DNA from: Minutocellus sp. GHC0000111
Taxonomy: Eukaryota
DNA length: 64,000 nucleotides
Direction: 5' to 3'
Assembly: GCA_977018835.1 (NCBI GenBank)
Contig: OZ361257.1
Location: 2,046,001 to 2,110,000 of the forward strand
This document shows positions 12,134 through 23,389 of the stretch, piece by piece. The translations under genes were made by a program, and so were the position numbers. How positions within the stretch are numbered: position 1 is the first letter of the stretch; every line of letters begins with the position of its first letter. The notes below the pieces were generated by a model. That model had not been told where the DNA came from. It made no database searches and saw nothing but the letters and a program-made list of their open reading frames with translations.

Positions 12134-13723
12134 ATGCAACATGACGTCCCTTCTGCTGATTTGGAAGGGGCGGGATCAGGAGAGCCGTCGCTCGACGGCG
12201 AAGCCGGTCGTCCTGAGATGACCGAGAACGCATCACGTGCCGGTACGACCCCCGACGGTGGTTCTGGACGACGACCACCACCACCCACTTCATGTAGTGC
12301 AAATACCTCCCCCGCAGATGAGGATTCTTTCCAGTTGGGCGGTTCCCTGCCAACCGCTGCCCAGCAGTCCACGAAAAGGAGACGACGAAATCGCAAGCCC
12401 CAGCCGCGATGGAAGGTCGTGACAACTTACGTATGTCTTGCAACGCTCGCGGTCATCCTCACGGCGGCCTGTCAGGACACCGACCTTTGGTCGTCCGCCG
12501 GTAGTACTGCTACTGGTAGTAGTACCGGCACCACAGCACAAACTTCAGATGCTCCATCAGATAAAAGCGACGAAACACCACCGAAAATCTTCGACATGTC
12601 CATCTACAATCTGGACAACCTCAACACATCCCTGTTCCTTCGCCTCGTGTCATCACTTCTCGTCGTCCTGCTTTCGCTGGCGCTGGTTCAGGGGTCGGAC
12701 CCCGGATACGTCACCGCCGCCAGCGTTCAGGCGGCGTTTGATATGGTCGAGGAGGACGAGGCGGGCTTGCTGGTCGGGGACAACGATGCCACGGAAGACG
12801 CGGACGAGAACGGCAGCGCCATTGAGCTTGGGGATATGAGCTCAAGCGACGCCGTTCGGAGCCGGGGGACGACTGCGAGTGCCGGTGTAACCGGCGCTAG
12901 CACTCCGGTCCAGTCACCATTGGCGGAGGAGCCAACTATACCGCAGTGCAGAGAATTGTGCAACCCTCTCCGCAGCTCCCACACTCGCCGGCAACAAATA
13001 TGGTCTCATCCGTACCGACCAGAGTGCGAGCACTGTCTGCCTCCCAATCGACCTCCCAAGCGCCCACTCCGAACCCAGCACTGCCACACCTGCAAACGAT
13101 GCGTCGCCACGTTCGATCACCACTGCCACTTCATCGGAACGTGCATCGGCGAACGCAACCATGCCCGATTCTGGTGGTTCCTGACCGCCCAGGCCTACGG
13201 CTTTGCCACCTGCGTTCACATTGTCGGGGGCAGTCGGATCGGCGTCAAGATGGGCCTCAACTACCTGTTTGGCTTCAACAGCTCCGGTGTGACCGGCGGC
13301 AACACTCTCAACACCATCATTGTGGTGGTCGCCAAGATCTACCTGTACCCTCTGACATTCTTCGCCGTTCTAATGTGGTTTACCCACACCTTCTTCGGTC
13401 TGGGCAATGGTACCACGTACGAGTGCGGCAAGGGTCCACGAAGGATTGATTATCTGAGCGGGACCAAGCTGATGGACTTGCCCTTCAGCCGGGGATGCTT
13501 GGGCAACGTCCGTTCCTTCTGCTGCTATCGCGACGCGTTGGCGAGCTGGTTGCCATTGCTGTTCAAGTACGAGGGCAATGGGACCGTGGAATTGCAAAAG
13601 AAGGGCAAGACAGGTGAGGGGGATTGGACTCCAGTCCTCTGGAGACCGCCTGGGAAGATTGATCGCGATTCGGAAGATTGGTGGCAAAACCCCTGGGAAA
13701 ATAAGTACTGGTCTTGCTGCTGA
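12134..13723 (+). CDS. DHHC-type palmitoyl (S-acyl) transferase
   Basis: SDPGY motif; RPLRTQHCHTCKRCVATFDHHCHFIGTCIGERNHARF; TTYE motif; four TM segments. Confidence 0.95.
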   Translation: MQHDVPSADLEGAGSGEPSLDGEAGRPEMTENASRAGTTPDGGSGRRPPPPTSCSANTSPADEDSFQLGGSLPTAAQQSTKRRRRNRKPQPRWKVVTTYVCLATLAVILTAACQDTDLWSSAGSTATGSSTGTTAQTSDAPSDKSDETPPKIFDMSIYNLDNLNTSLFLRLVSSLLVVLLSLALVQGSDPGYVTAASVQAAFDMVEEDEAGLLVGDNDATEDADENGSAIELGDMSSSDAVRSRGTTASAGVTGASTPVQSPLAEEPTIPQCRELCNPLRSSHTRRQQIWSHPYRPECEHCLPPNRPPKRPLRTQHCHTCKRCVATFDHHCHFIGTCIGERNHARFWWFLTAQAYGFATCVHIVGGSRIGVKMGLNYLFGFNSSGVTGGNTLNTIIVVVAKIYLYPLTFFAVLMWFTHTFFGLGNGTTYECGKGPRRIDYLSGTKLMDLPFSRGCLGNVRSFCCYRDALASWLPLLFKYEGNGTVELQKKGKTGEGDWTPVLWRPPGKIDRDSEDWWQNPWENKYWSCC

Positions 13724-14251
13724 TATCATTTGAGGGATGAAAAGGTAAGATTGCTCCGCATCGCTTGATTTGTTGCACGGTCTATTGCTACCATTCGCAA
13801 GATGTATCTCCGTCCCCTTCGTTGTTCCGAAGGCATTCCCTCCCTTCACGGGGAGGTTGCAGTGCCTTTTGGACAAATCACTTTGGTTTAGGGGTTGGTC
13901 AAAATGCTTGCCATATCAATGCTCTTCATCGCTGGCCAATATAGTTGGACGGGCACTGCGCACTTTGTATCCACGCACGCCTGTCCTGGATGGCCTCGTA
14001 CATTTTATGGTTTGAAGCAGAATCTGCCCAAGTAGTTTCGCTAATATATTTTCATTTCCTTTTGCTGCAAATTGTTTTGTAGGGACTGCAACTATCTTAC
14101 ACTGAAAGAGAGAAGAAGCTTAATCACTTTACAGTAATTTTGGAATTATTTAAGGAATGAATCGTAATTATCATCTTTGCGACTGAACAATCATTCTACG
14201 TAGCTAAATTGCTACTTGTAGAAACAAAACAAATGAAATATGAGGTGTTTG

Positions 14252-15909
14252 TTAGTCGCCAAAAACCTCCAAGAAGCCGATCCTCTCGAGATCCTTTATT
14301 CTCTCCTCGTCCATGTTGGTTTCCCCCCCTTCACAAACTTATCATACTCCTTCTTTTGGTTCCGAACCCATTGGTAAAGTGACCTTTCCGTGTGTGGGAC
14401 AGGAACAACGCCATTATCATCGTAGAAATCTCTTAGCTCGCCCAACCGAATCTTCCATTGGTATGTGTTCTTCGATCTCCACTCAAATCCGATACCGTCG
14501 AGCCTTTCGATTCTTTCTTCTGTGATCTGTGTGTGCTTTCCTTCCTTGTATTTTTTATATTGTTGCCGCTGTACTGATACCCAACGGGAAAATTCTTGAT
14601 CTTCCCAAGATGACGGAACGTCTGTGTGTCCATGAGCTGCCTTGAATTCAACAAGCTCGGCAAACTTTTCTTCCCAGGCAGCCTCGAACACGCTCCAGAC
14701 AAAACCAATTTGGTTCAGCTTTTCAATCCGTTCGTCCGTGAGTTGCGAGTGCTTCCATTCTTGGTGCAGCCGATATTCTCTTCGCTGCGTTTGTACCCAC
14801 TGTGCAAGGTAACGATATTTGTTGGCACTGTCCACACGTTCATCCGTCGGCACAAGAGTATCTCCATGCTGCTCTTTGTAGGCGACCAATTCATCGTAAC
14901 GTTCATCCCACTCAGGCCGACGGCGGAGTCTCCACTCGAAACCAATTTCGTTCAGAGCCTCAATTCTTTCTGTCGTAATTCGAGGGCTTTGGTTCCAGTT
15001 TTCATCGAAAAATCTGTGGTAACAAGCTCGCTGATTCATGACCCATTTTGCCAGCTGGACATTGGCTTGGTAGGAGATGGGGACGTTGCAATCACCGTGT
15101 ATTTGTTTGTACTCTTTAAGCTCTGCAAGAACCTCCTGCCATCTGTCATCGCCTCGGTTCCAAGCAGTCCTGGTCCATTCGAATCCCATACTCTCCAGGG
15201 CTTCGATCCGCTCGGAGCTCAAATTGTTCTTCTTATAGAAACCTCGCTGATTCATTACCCATTCGCCTAGCTGAGGGTTGGCATCGAACTTGCGTGAAAC
15301 ATTGCAATCGCCGTGCTTATTTTTGTATTCCTCGAGCTCTCCCAAACGCTTCCACCACGTGTCATCGTCTGGCGTTGCTCCTTTCGGCCTTGTCCATTCA
15401 AATCCTATACTCTCCAACATCTCAACCCGCTCGGCGCTCAAATTGTTTTTCTTATAACTCTGACGCTGGCCCCTTGCCCAGGCGCCGAGCTGAGGATTAT
15501 CTTTGTAGGATTGCGGCACATTGCAGTCACCAACCTTTTGCTTGTATTCCTCGAGCTCTTCAAATCGCGTCCACCATTTCTGGTCGCGCATGGTCAATAC
15601 CCTCCCCGACGCCTCCAACTCGGCAAGAAACTTTTGTGCGTAGGACGAAGATATCACGGTCGACTCATCAGGCGCCGTAGTTGCCAACAGAAGTAATGTG
15701 CCCACTGTGATCGATGCCGGTCTTTTGATGCCTGCATCAATGCACGTGTGTTCTCCGAACGGTGGTGGCCAACAACTCGGTGCGGTTGCTGGTGTCGGCA
15801 CAAAGGCCGAGCATTCGCGGCAAACCAGCACAAGAACTGATAGTACAAATGGGAGGGGACTGCGGACGAGTCGTCTGCGTGTCAGCATGGAGTTGTGTGA
15901 GTCGAGCAT
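14252..15909 (-). CDS. Helicase-associated (HA) repeat protein with six HA domains and a possible plastid presequence
   Basis: Six W...L..YK..HGDCNVP...L..WV..QR......R.E.L..IGFEW units. A frameshift at the C7 run near 14322 restores TNMDEERIKDLERIGF with a stop at 14252. Confidence 0.9.
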
Positions 15910-16185
15910 CGTTGCGTGGGTCTGTATCTCTCCTTTGCTGGACCGTTCCTCCCACTCATCATCTGATCATCTGTCATCGGCAGTGCACTAACTCAACTCG
16001 CGCCGCGCGTCGGCCGGTACGCGGTCAGACCGCTCGGCGAATTGGAAGCAGCACTTCGCCGACGGTCGCTTCCGTCAAGTGCCATTTTCAGTATCAAACC
16101 GCCCTTTGGGTTCCATATCGAATCTTCTCCGAATTCTCGGCACTACAGCCCCCTTGCTCCACCCGCACTGCCCAATCGCCACATT

Positions 16186-17209
16186 ATGAGCTCCACCGGC
16201 GGCGTCGACACCGTGAGCGAGCTCCGTCCGGGCGGCGCCGATTTGTCCAGCCGCATCCATCAGATTGACATCTCGGCTATTCCGCGGGGACCGGCCGGAC
16301 CGCCCTCGGAGGCCAGCACCATCTCCACCGCGCTGGCGTCGGAGGTTGGGTCCGTCGTCCACGATCCCAAGGATGCCTTTCTGCGTTCGGTGACCTTCTT
16401 CCGGCCCAAGCGTTTGACGAGCCGAAGTTCCGATATCAACGACGATGATGGAGAGGGAACGCATACCAGCGGCAGCCGTACCGGAACCGGCACGGCCTGC
16501 AGCGTCGACTGGACCCTGACCCTGCGCGATCCGCCTGCCAATAATGGCCGGGGTGGTCGCAGCGGACGGCGCAGCCTCGGCCGCGCCCCGTCCTTCGGCC
16601 GCTCCCAGCCCAAGCTCCTCATCGACGACGTTGGCGGCGTCGTCACCCTGTCCAGCATCAAGTCCGGCGACGAGCTCAAGTCCATCAACGGCAAGAAGAT
16701 CGGTCCGTCGCACAATGCCGACCGGGCCATGATGTACATGGACCAGTGTTGGGAGCAGGACGGGTATCTGAGCGTGGCGGTCGGAAATGACGAGGGAGAT
16801 GACATCCTCGTCCAAGTAACCGTCGTCAAACCGAGGCCAAATTTAACGTACGAGGACATGGGCATGATCGTTTGGAAGTGGGGCGTGTTGTGCATCAAGG
16901 AGATCTCCAAGGACAGCGTAAGTATGAAATTGTGTCATAACTGCAAATGGATGTTACCAAGCGAATCGTATCACTCATTTTCTCTGCCTTGCACTTGCAT
17001 TCTTTGATGTATTTTATTCCCGAACTGAACACAAACAGATCTTCAAGAACACGGTGCTCAAGGAAGCCGATCACATCATCAGCGTCAACGATATTGTTTG
17101 CGATAAGATGAAGCCGGAGGATTTCGCGCACGTGGTCAATGAGCTGCCGAAGGAGATTCACATTTTGGTTCGACGTGGCAAGCAGCGGTGGAGCGGAAAG
17201 TTTGGTTGA
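16186..17209 (+). CDS. PDZ-like domain protein, 2 exons
   Basis: IKSGDELKSINGKKI and LKEADHIISVND are PDZ-type motifs. Intron 16918-17038 (GTAAGT...ACAG) keeps frame. Confidence 0.75.
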
Positions 17210-17609
17210 GCTGAGTGGAGGTTGAAGGACAATTTTGTTTTTTTGACGGTAACATGTTCAAATGTCCCTAGTCTCTTCTATTCTTTTTTTGCTCGGTGTT
17301 TTACAAGAATATCATTAACCTTAAAAGAGCCTATTATATCACCGATGCAAGGGAAAACTAGGAAATGTGAGCTACTTCTTCGAGATAGTACTAGAAATGC
17401 GCTGCCCCATCTGTTATTTCGGAACGCCGATACATCGTCATTGCATTAGTCCCCATGCCGAGTCAAGTGCTGACTGACTCATTCCAGTGCGCATCCTGGC
17501 ACATTAGATTCCATGTTGCAAGACCTTCAATTTCTGCGATCGGGGTATGTTGTAGTGCGTCTCTAGCCACGTAGATAGATATTCGTCTTGCCACGAGGTC
17601 GTAAGAAAA

Positions 17610-17975
17610 AATCAGTTGTACATTTGTACACAATTCCGACGCCACAGTGTGAATTGTTACATCAGAGGAAACCAGTCGAGTAGTTCTCATTGCAACTTCC
17701 GCAAGAGACCACCAACCTTTTGGAAGAGGTCGTACTGGATCGATTTTTGCCAGGGGTTGGCCTCGGGAAAGGGAAGGGGCCGGCCCAACGCGAATCATTT
17801 GTACATTTGTATACAATTCCGACGCCACAGTGTGAATTGTTACATCAGAGGAAACCAGTTGAGTAGTTCTCATTGCAACTTCCGCAAGAGACCACCAACC
17901 TTTTGGAAGAGGTCGTACTGGATCGATTTTTGCCAGGGGTTGGCCTCGGGAAAGGGAAGGGGCCGGCCCAACGCG
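17610..17975. repeat. Direct tandem duplication, 2 x 183 bp, covering the 3' end of the adjacent minus-strand gene
   Basis: 17610-17792 matches 17793-17975 with about three substitutions. Confidence 0.95.
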
Positions 17976-18676
17976 TAGAGAATTCCGTACAGTCCGCCAA
18001 GACCTCCGGTATTTCCGACCGTTCGGTCGACGACGTATCCAATGGTGTACTTGGTAATCAGTCCGGTGGCATGATCGATCGTAATGCTGCAGACCTGGGG
18101 TGGATTCGTAACCGTCCTTCCGGTTCCAGAGGCCTCGGGAACAAAGGGGAGGAGCGGCCCGGTGTTCTTTCCCCTTCCCCGCGCCGTGTACCAGACACGG
18201 TCGCCCTCAAAGGGATCGACTTGAAAGCCGTAGAACTCGCTCTGGAAATCGGGAAAGGCGGTGGCAAAGTCTACGCTTCCAATGGCTTCGACGAATTCTT
18301 CCTTACCCAGAGGGCCCACCACGGGTCCCTCAAAGGTAAAGGAGGGAGACAGGAACGCCGGGTCTCCGCCGAGGCCGCCCTTGGAGGCCAAGAATCGCTT
18401 CGCAATGAGAATCATTTCGTCGGGAGAAAGAGCCGGTTCTGGCCGGCTCCTCAGTCGTTCGGCTTCATCAATGAACATGGGAAGGGAGAGAATTGCGTCA
18501 TCATCGGTCTCCTCTGCTGTGGCGGCAACTTGTTCGGCAATTATTGATTCTTCGGTTGCGTGAAGATGGCTTGCAACTTCCCGAAGCAAGAGATGGGACT
18601 TTGGCGAAGCGAAAGCGTCGCAAGGCTGAGAAAAGGCGGCGGCGACAAGAAAGAGAACCCAAAGAGTATTCATCAT
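17870..18676 (-). CDS. Conserved algal protein with probable SnoaL/NTF2-like fold and a bipartite plastid-type presequence
   Basis: Signal peptide followed by CDA-FASP; FEGPVVGPLGKEEF...AFPDF...VDPFEGDRVWYTAR and GNTGGLGGLYG motifs. Confidence 0.7.
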   Translation of the reverse strand: MMNTLWVLFLVAAAFSQPCDAFASPKSHLLLREVASHLHATEESIIAEQVAATAEETDDDAILSLPMFIDEAERLRSRPEPALSPDEMILIAKRFLASKGGLGGDPAFLSPSFTFEGPVVGPLGKEEFVEAIGSVDFATAFPDFQSEFYGFQVDPFEGDRVWYTARGRGKNTGPLLPFVPEASGTGRTVTNPPQVCSITIDHATGLITKYTIGYVVDRTVGNTGGLGGLYGILYALGRPLPFPEANPWQKSIQYDLFQKVGGLLRKLQ

Positions 18677-19075
18677 GGTTGGTCTTCTTTGGTGTACCGG
18701 TATTAGGAATTGCTCTTACTTTGACCTTGCTCGATGCTCTCAGCATCTTCGCCACAAATTCTCTTCGCCGCTTCTTCGATGCGCTGGTATGGTCTGTCTG
18801 TTTGTCCGGGAAGTGATGGCCTTTTTGCTCGCGGGCTCTGACCTCTGACCTCTCGAATTCAAATTTCCCTGCCATCCAGGTCTGCTCTGCCCAGCCACGC
18901 CACACAAGGAGAGAAGACAGGAAGGCCTTCCACCGCCTTCGAGGAATGCACAAAACCGGCTCTGGTACGATGGCCGTTGTTGTCCAGCAAGCCATGGTCC
19001 AGTGCTATTCTGCACATGTATCTTTTCTGTGCTTTTACCAAAGCCAGCACATGACATGATACAACATGAACCAAC

Positions 19076-20338
19076 ATGACGGGATTTCTTACGGAGGGAG
19101 CGATACGGAGGATTGTAGATGCATCGTCCTGCACCACAGGCAAGGATGACCTCGAAAAGATGCGCACTTATTACCCGACGTTGCAGATTGTTGCTTCATA
19201 CCATCCCGAGACTTTGGACAAACGAGCTGCCAATGCCCTCATCTCTGACGGGACTCACAGCATCATGTCCTCATTTCAGAGCACCGCCCTCCAGCAGAGC
19301 GATGACGTACAGACTGGAACGATTGTTCAGCTATTCGACTACGAGCTCAGTCAAAATACGGCACAAGATGGCCGCCGGCTCGTCGTTTATGAGGCATGTG
19401 TTCGGTATAGCGCCAGACCAATGATTGGTGATCCTTCCCCCATTGAAGGAAATCTCTTTGGTCTCCAATCCTCCGATAGCCAAGACGACGATGTTGCTGA
19501 CAATGACGACAACATCGAAGATGATCAAGCGCTGATAGTAGCTCCAGGCACCAGCAGAAGCGTCATGGTCTCTCCCGCAAGAAGCTCAAGTTCATGCCGC
19601 ACATCTGCCATCAATGCTGCGGCCAGGGAATTTCTCTGCCCGATATCCTTCTCACTTCCCATTGATGCCGTCGTGGCAGAAGATGGCCGGGTCTACAATC
19701 GGGCTGATATCCAACAGCACATAGATACGGTACAGAGCAGCCATAGGCGCAAAATGCTGCGCAGTCCAATCACCAATGAGCCAATGGGTCCCAAACTTTT
19801 GCCAGCAGTTCAGATTCGTAACTCGATTCGCGCTCTGATCGATAGTGGCTCCGTCGAGGGAGATATTGCGGAGAATTGGAAGGTGGTGGACGATACCCGA
19901 ACAGCCGCCGACAACGGAGATACGGATGCCATGCACGCCCTTGCCCTTTGGCTGTCTTGGGGGTCACACGGGCTGCAGAAAAATGATGTCGTGGCCTATG
20001 ACTGGCTGGAAAAGGCAGCCGCCTTGGGATGCATCAAAAGTCTCGCAATGCAAGGCGAGCGGCTACTTACTGGTCGCAATGGTGGAGATAAGAAGGACAA
20101 AGTCGAGGGGGCGTTTTTGCTCGGTATCGCAGCAGCAAAGGGATCAGAGTATGCTGCGTTCACTGTTGGAAAACGTCACTATCATGGCAGGGATGGTTTC
20201 CCAAGGAATTTGCAGGTTGCGAAGCATTGGCTTGAATCCTTCGTCAAGGGTCAATGCGAGGTGAAGGATTGTCATAATCGCCGGGCACTGTTGTCAGCGC
20301 AGATGTTGTTGCAGAAGATAAACGGCAATTTGGCATGA
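19076..20338 (+). CDS. RPA70N-like OB domain + U-box + SEL1-repeat protein (putative E3 ligase)
   Basis: LTEGAI...PTLQI...LISDGTH...GTIVQL (RPA1 N-terminal-like); EFLCPISFSLPIDAVVAEDGRVY...SPITNEPMG (U-box); AADNGDTDAMH..W..KAAALG (SEL1). Confidence 0.8.
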   Translation: MTGFLTEGAIRRIVDASSCTTGKDDLEKMRTYYPTLQIVASYHPETLDKRAANALISDGTHSIMSSFQSTALQQSDDVQTGTIVQLFDYELSQNTAQDGRRLVVYEACVRYSARPMIGDPSPIEGNLFGLQSSDSQDDDVADNDDNIEDDQALIVAPGTSRSVMVSPARSSSSCRTSAINAAAREFLCPISFSLPIDAVVAEDGRVYNRADIQQHIDTVQSSHRRKMLRSPITNEPMGPKLLPAVQIRNSIRALIDSGSVEGDIAENWKVVDDTRTAADNGDTDAMHALALWLSWGSHGLQKNDVVAYDWLEKAAALGCIKSLAMQGERLLTGRNGGDKKDKVEGAFLLGIAAAKGSEYAAFTVGKRHYHGRDGFPRNLQVAKHWLESFVKGQCEVKDCHNRRALLSAQMLLQKINGNLA

Positions 20339-20632
20339 TAAAGGTTTCGTACTTTTACATTACATGTAGGTGTACCCTGGATAAATATCCTACTTTTAAT
20401 TAACTCTAAACAAAAAGAAACAAAAATACCAAAATTACATGATATGTACATGTCTCATATTATTTGCGGCTGGCTCTGCTTGTCCTACTTTCTTCGCTCC
20501 TCATCTTCTGATTATGTCGATCCTATAAACGTCTACGTAGAAAATCGCTATACATGTCTCACTGCCAGTCCCATTACCCTACCCTGGTCGCAACCAGTGA
20601 AAGCCTTTCTCCCTTTTTCTCTGTAGGAGCTG

Positions 20633-21068
20633 CTACCGGAAAGCTCTTGGTGACCAGCTCGTGATCTTCCAAAGAACAACGGCGTAGAAAAAATCCTTTT
20701 CTCCGACGACCTTTGTCAGATGGCCTTTCCCTTCGACATCTTCGGCTAAAACAATGCATCCCTCGCCGGCGCATTGCTTATTGCCATTTCCAACTTCAAC
20801 TTCAATGCAACCGCTGAGGACAATGACGAGCTGTCGGCGAGGCGCAGTGTGCCAATCCATCTCATATCCCGCTGGCAATGAGCGGAACGAAATTCCTTGG
20901 CTCTGGAAGAGCTCGGGTGTGGCAATACCATGAGATCCCTCGGTATCTCGGAAAGCGTGCATTTCCAATGAAAGTGAACTGTGGCTCAGTACATCTATGA
21001 GCGAAAGATCTCACGATAGAATATGTTTGCTTTTCAGTCCGATAACGTGTTTTTACGATCTTGGTCAC
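20633..21068 (-). CDS. Small cupin-fold protein; the 5' end is uncertain and probably frameshifted near 20980
   Basis: DWHTAPRRQLVIVLSG.IEVEVG.G....GEG.IVLAEDVEGKGHLT is a typical cupin barrel signature. Confidence 0.7.
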
Positions 21069-21709
21069 TTGCGTGGCAGCTGCCCGCTTCGCGAAGCATG
21101 AGGATCCGAGTCGAATTCTTTTTCTTACGTGGCTGCTGGCTACATGCAGGAATTCCTACTGCTTCGCGAGGGAGAGCTGGTTCTCTTGACCGTAAAGATT
21201 TATGCACATAAGCCCGATCAACGGCCCGACGACTTCTCAATGGCCCCTCAACACGTCAGCGTGGATAATATCCAGACCATGCACAACAAACAAGCTTCTC
21301 ACTTTTCACTTCGCCGACGTGCTGCCACGTTGCCCTCATCACAGCACTCCACTCGACGCACACTCTTTGGCTGTTGTGACGTTTCACATCAGCCCCTTAC
21401 AATAGCCCTCAATAGCCCTCGACTTGGAAAGAGACCGAAATCGAAACCTGTCATGACACAAAGAAATAGAAATCGGAACCTGTCATGACGCAAAGCATCT
21501 GAAACGTCACACCAAGCACAGTATCTGGCAGTGAAAGTGGCGCAAAACTGCATGAAGCAAGCAAAAGCGGCGTGCGTTGCAAGTGCCGATGCAAAGTGCC
21601 GTCGTGCTCGGCGAAGTAAAAGATATCTTACCACTTACTTTCATGTTCCACGCTCCTCCACACAAGAGATCCACCACTGTATTACCAACCAACACCTCCT
21701 ACGTATACC

Positions 21710-23092
21710 ATGAAGTGCCTCATCATCGGAACCGGGGACATGGCCCACGCCCTGACCAACCAGTTCACGAAGACGCCCAAGGACGAAATGATGCATTCGA
21801 TCAGCATCGCCAGTCCAACTCGTGAATACAAACCCGATACTACCTTTCACAATACCGGGGTGGCCTTTGTGCCTTTGGATGAAGGGATGAAAAGTGCCGA
21901 CGTGATTATCCTCTGTATCCCCGGCAGGGCGATGGGATCCTTCCTCGACGAGCACGTCGACAACCTCAAGCACGCCCTGCTGATCGACGTCAACAACGAC
22001 CCCGAGGCTCACGAGGCCGAAGCCTTCGAAAAGCACGAATTGAAGTGGGTGAAAGCCTTCAATGACATCGGTGCCATCGACGTATGACCCGCAAGAGCAA
22101 GTCTCGTCCCAAGACGAGGATGTCTGCCTACGATCCCTACGCTCTGACGGAGGCCAAGAACTTCGCCGAGACCGCACTTGGATTTGGCGTCCAGGCCCTC
22201 TCACATGACATCCGCAAGGCCTCTGAGCAAGGTTCCATCGGCAAAGAATGGAAGCATTCGGCCTACATTGCCTTTGGTGTGTACTTGTTTTTCTTCATCA
22301 TCGTCATCTGCACCTACTTCATCCGCTGGCCGTGGCCCATCGACAAGCATTCCTTCCCGGTCAGTCTCCATAACAAGATTATGAGCTCCACCGCTCTCAC
22401 CCTCTTCGCCCTCAGTCTCATCCCCGGCACTTGGGTTCGTCTGTTCAAGGCAATCAAGAATAACGATACCATGTACAGGCTTGGACCGAATACCTTGTGG
22501 GCCCTGAGCATTCGCAAGCACGTAGGGCTAATGGGCCTCTACTTTCTCTTTCTTCACGCCGTCATGAGTCTTTGGACCTCATCACTACTATTGGATTTTC
22601 TACGATGGCCCAGATGCCAAGGGTATGAATCTATACGGCGAACTGTCGATGATGTTTGCCGTCATTTCATTCTCCCTCTTCATCATCACCGGCATTGCCA
22701 GTCTCCCAAGTGTTGGCGACGCAATGAACAAGGCTCAATTCGACTTCGTCTACGGCCCAATCGTCTGGTTGGCACTCATCACCGGCCAGATCCATTGCGT
22801 CATCATTTTCTTCAAGGCCATTCGCGGTACCCGTGAGTTGTACGGCGGCATTCCGCACTCCGCTACTCTCGGCATGATTATGCCTTGGGTTGCCATCGGA
22901 CTCAAGGTCATCCAAATGATCGCATGCCGTATCCTGCCCTTCATTTACGAGAAGACCGGTAAGGCCTACGAGCTTCAGACTACTCAGCACAAGGGAAGTC
23001 AGCATTTTGGCAGCATGAACATCAGCCGTCACTCCACGAAGAGTCTAGCAGTTTCCGATGAAAGCAACCTCTTCACCAATGAGGCAGCCTAA
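21710..23092 (+). CDS. STEAP-like metalloreductase (F420:NADP oxidoreductase-like N-domain + ferric-reductase TM domain), interrupted by 2 frameshifts
   Basis: IIGTGDMA, ADVIILCIP, LIDVNN and VKAFNDI in the N-domain; RKHVGLMGLYFLFLH, GIASLPSV and a second His (GQIH) in the TM domain. Frame breaks near 22084 and 22570. Confidence 0.8.
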
Positions 23093-23389
23093 AAGTTTTG
23101 ACCGAAGCTATGTATGCTTGCTATGAAGAGACCGACATCCCTTCATATTTTAATGGGTTTACGTGTAAACACTTCGATTTGAAGACACCAAAGTTCGATA
23201 AGAACTTTATTTTTGACAGCATTTTGAGCCTTTTCTATTGCTTGTAATATGTAAATGCTTAACTTTGAATTAGTCAGTACTAAATAATCTGTAGCGCCAG
23301 CAATGCAACAATGCCTGTATGACTTCGGATGTTACCATGGTACTCCCTTGATCTCTTCTCTCAACTCTTGTGATGAAATAAAGAAAAAG

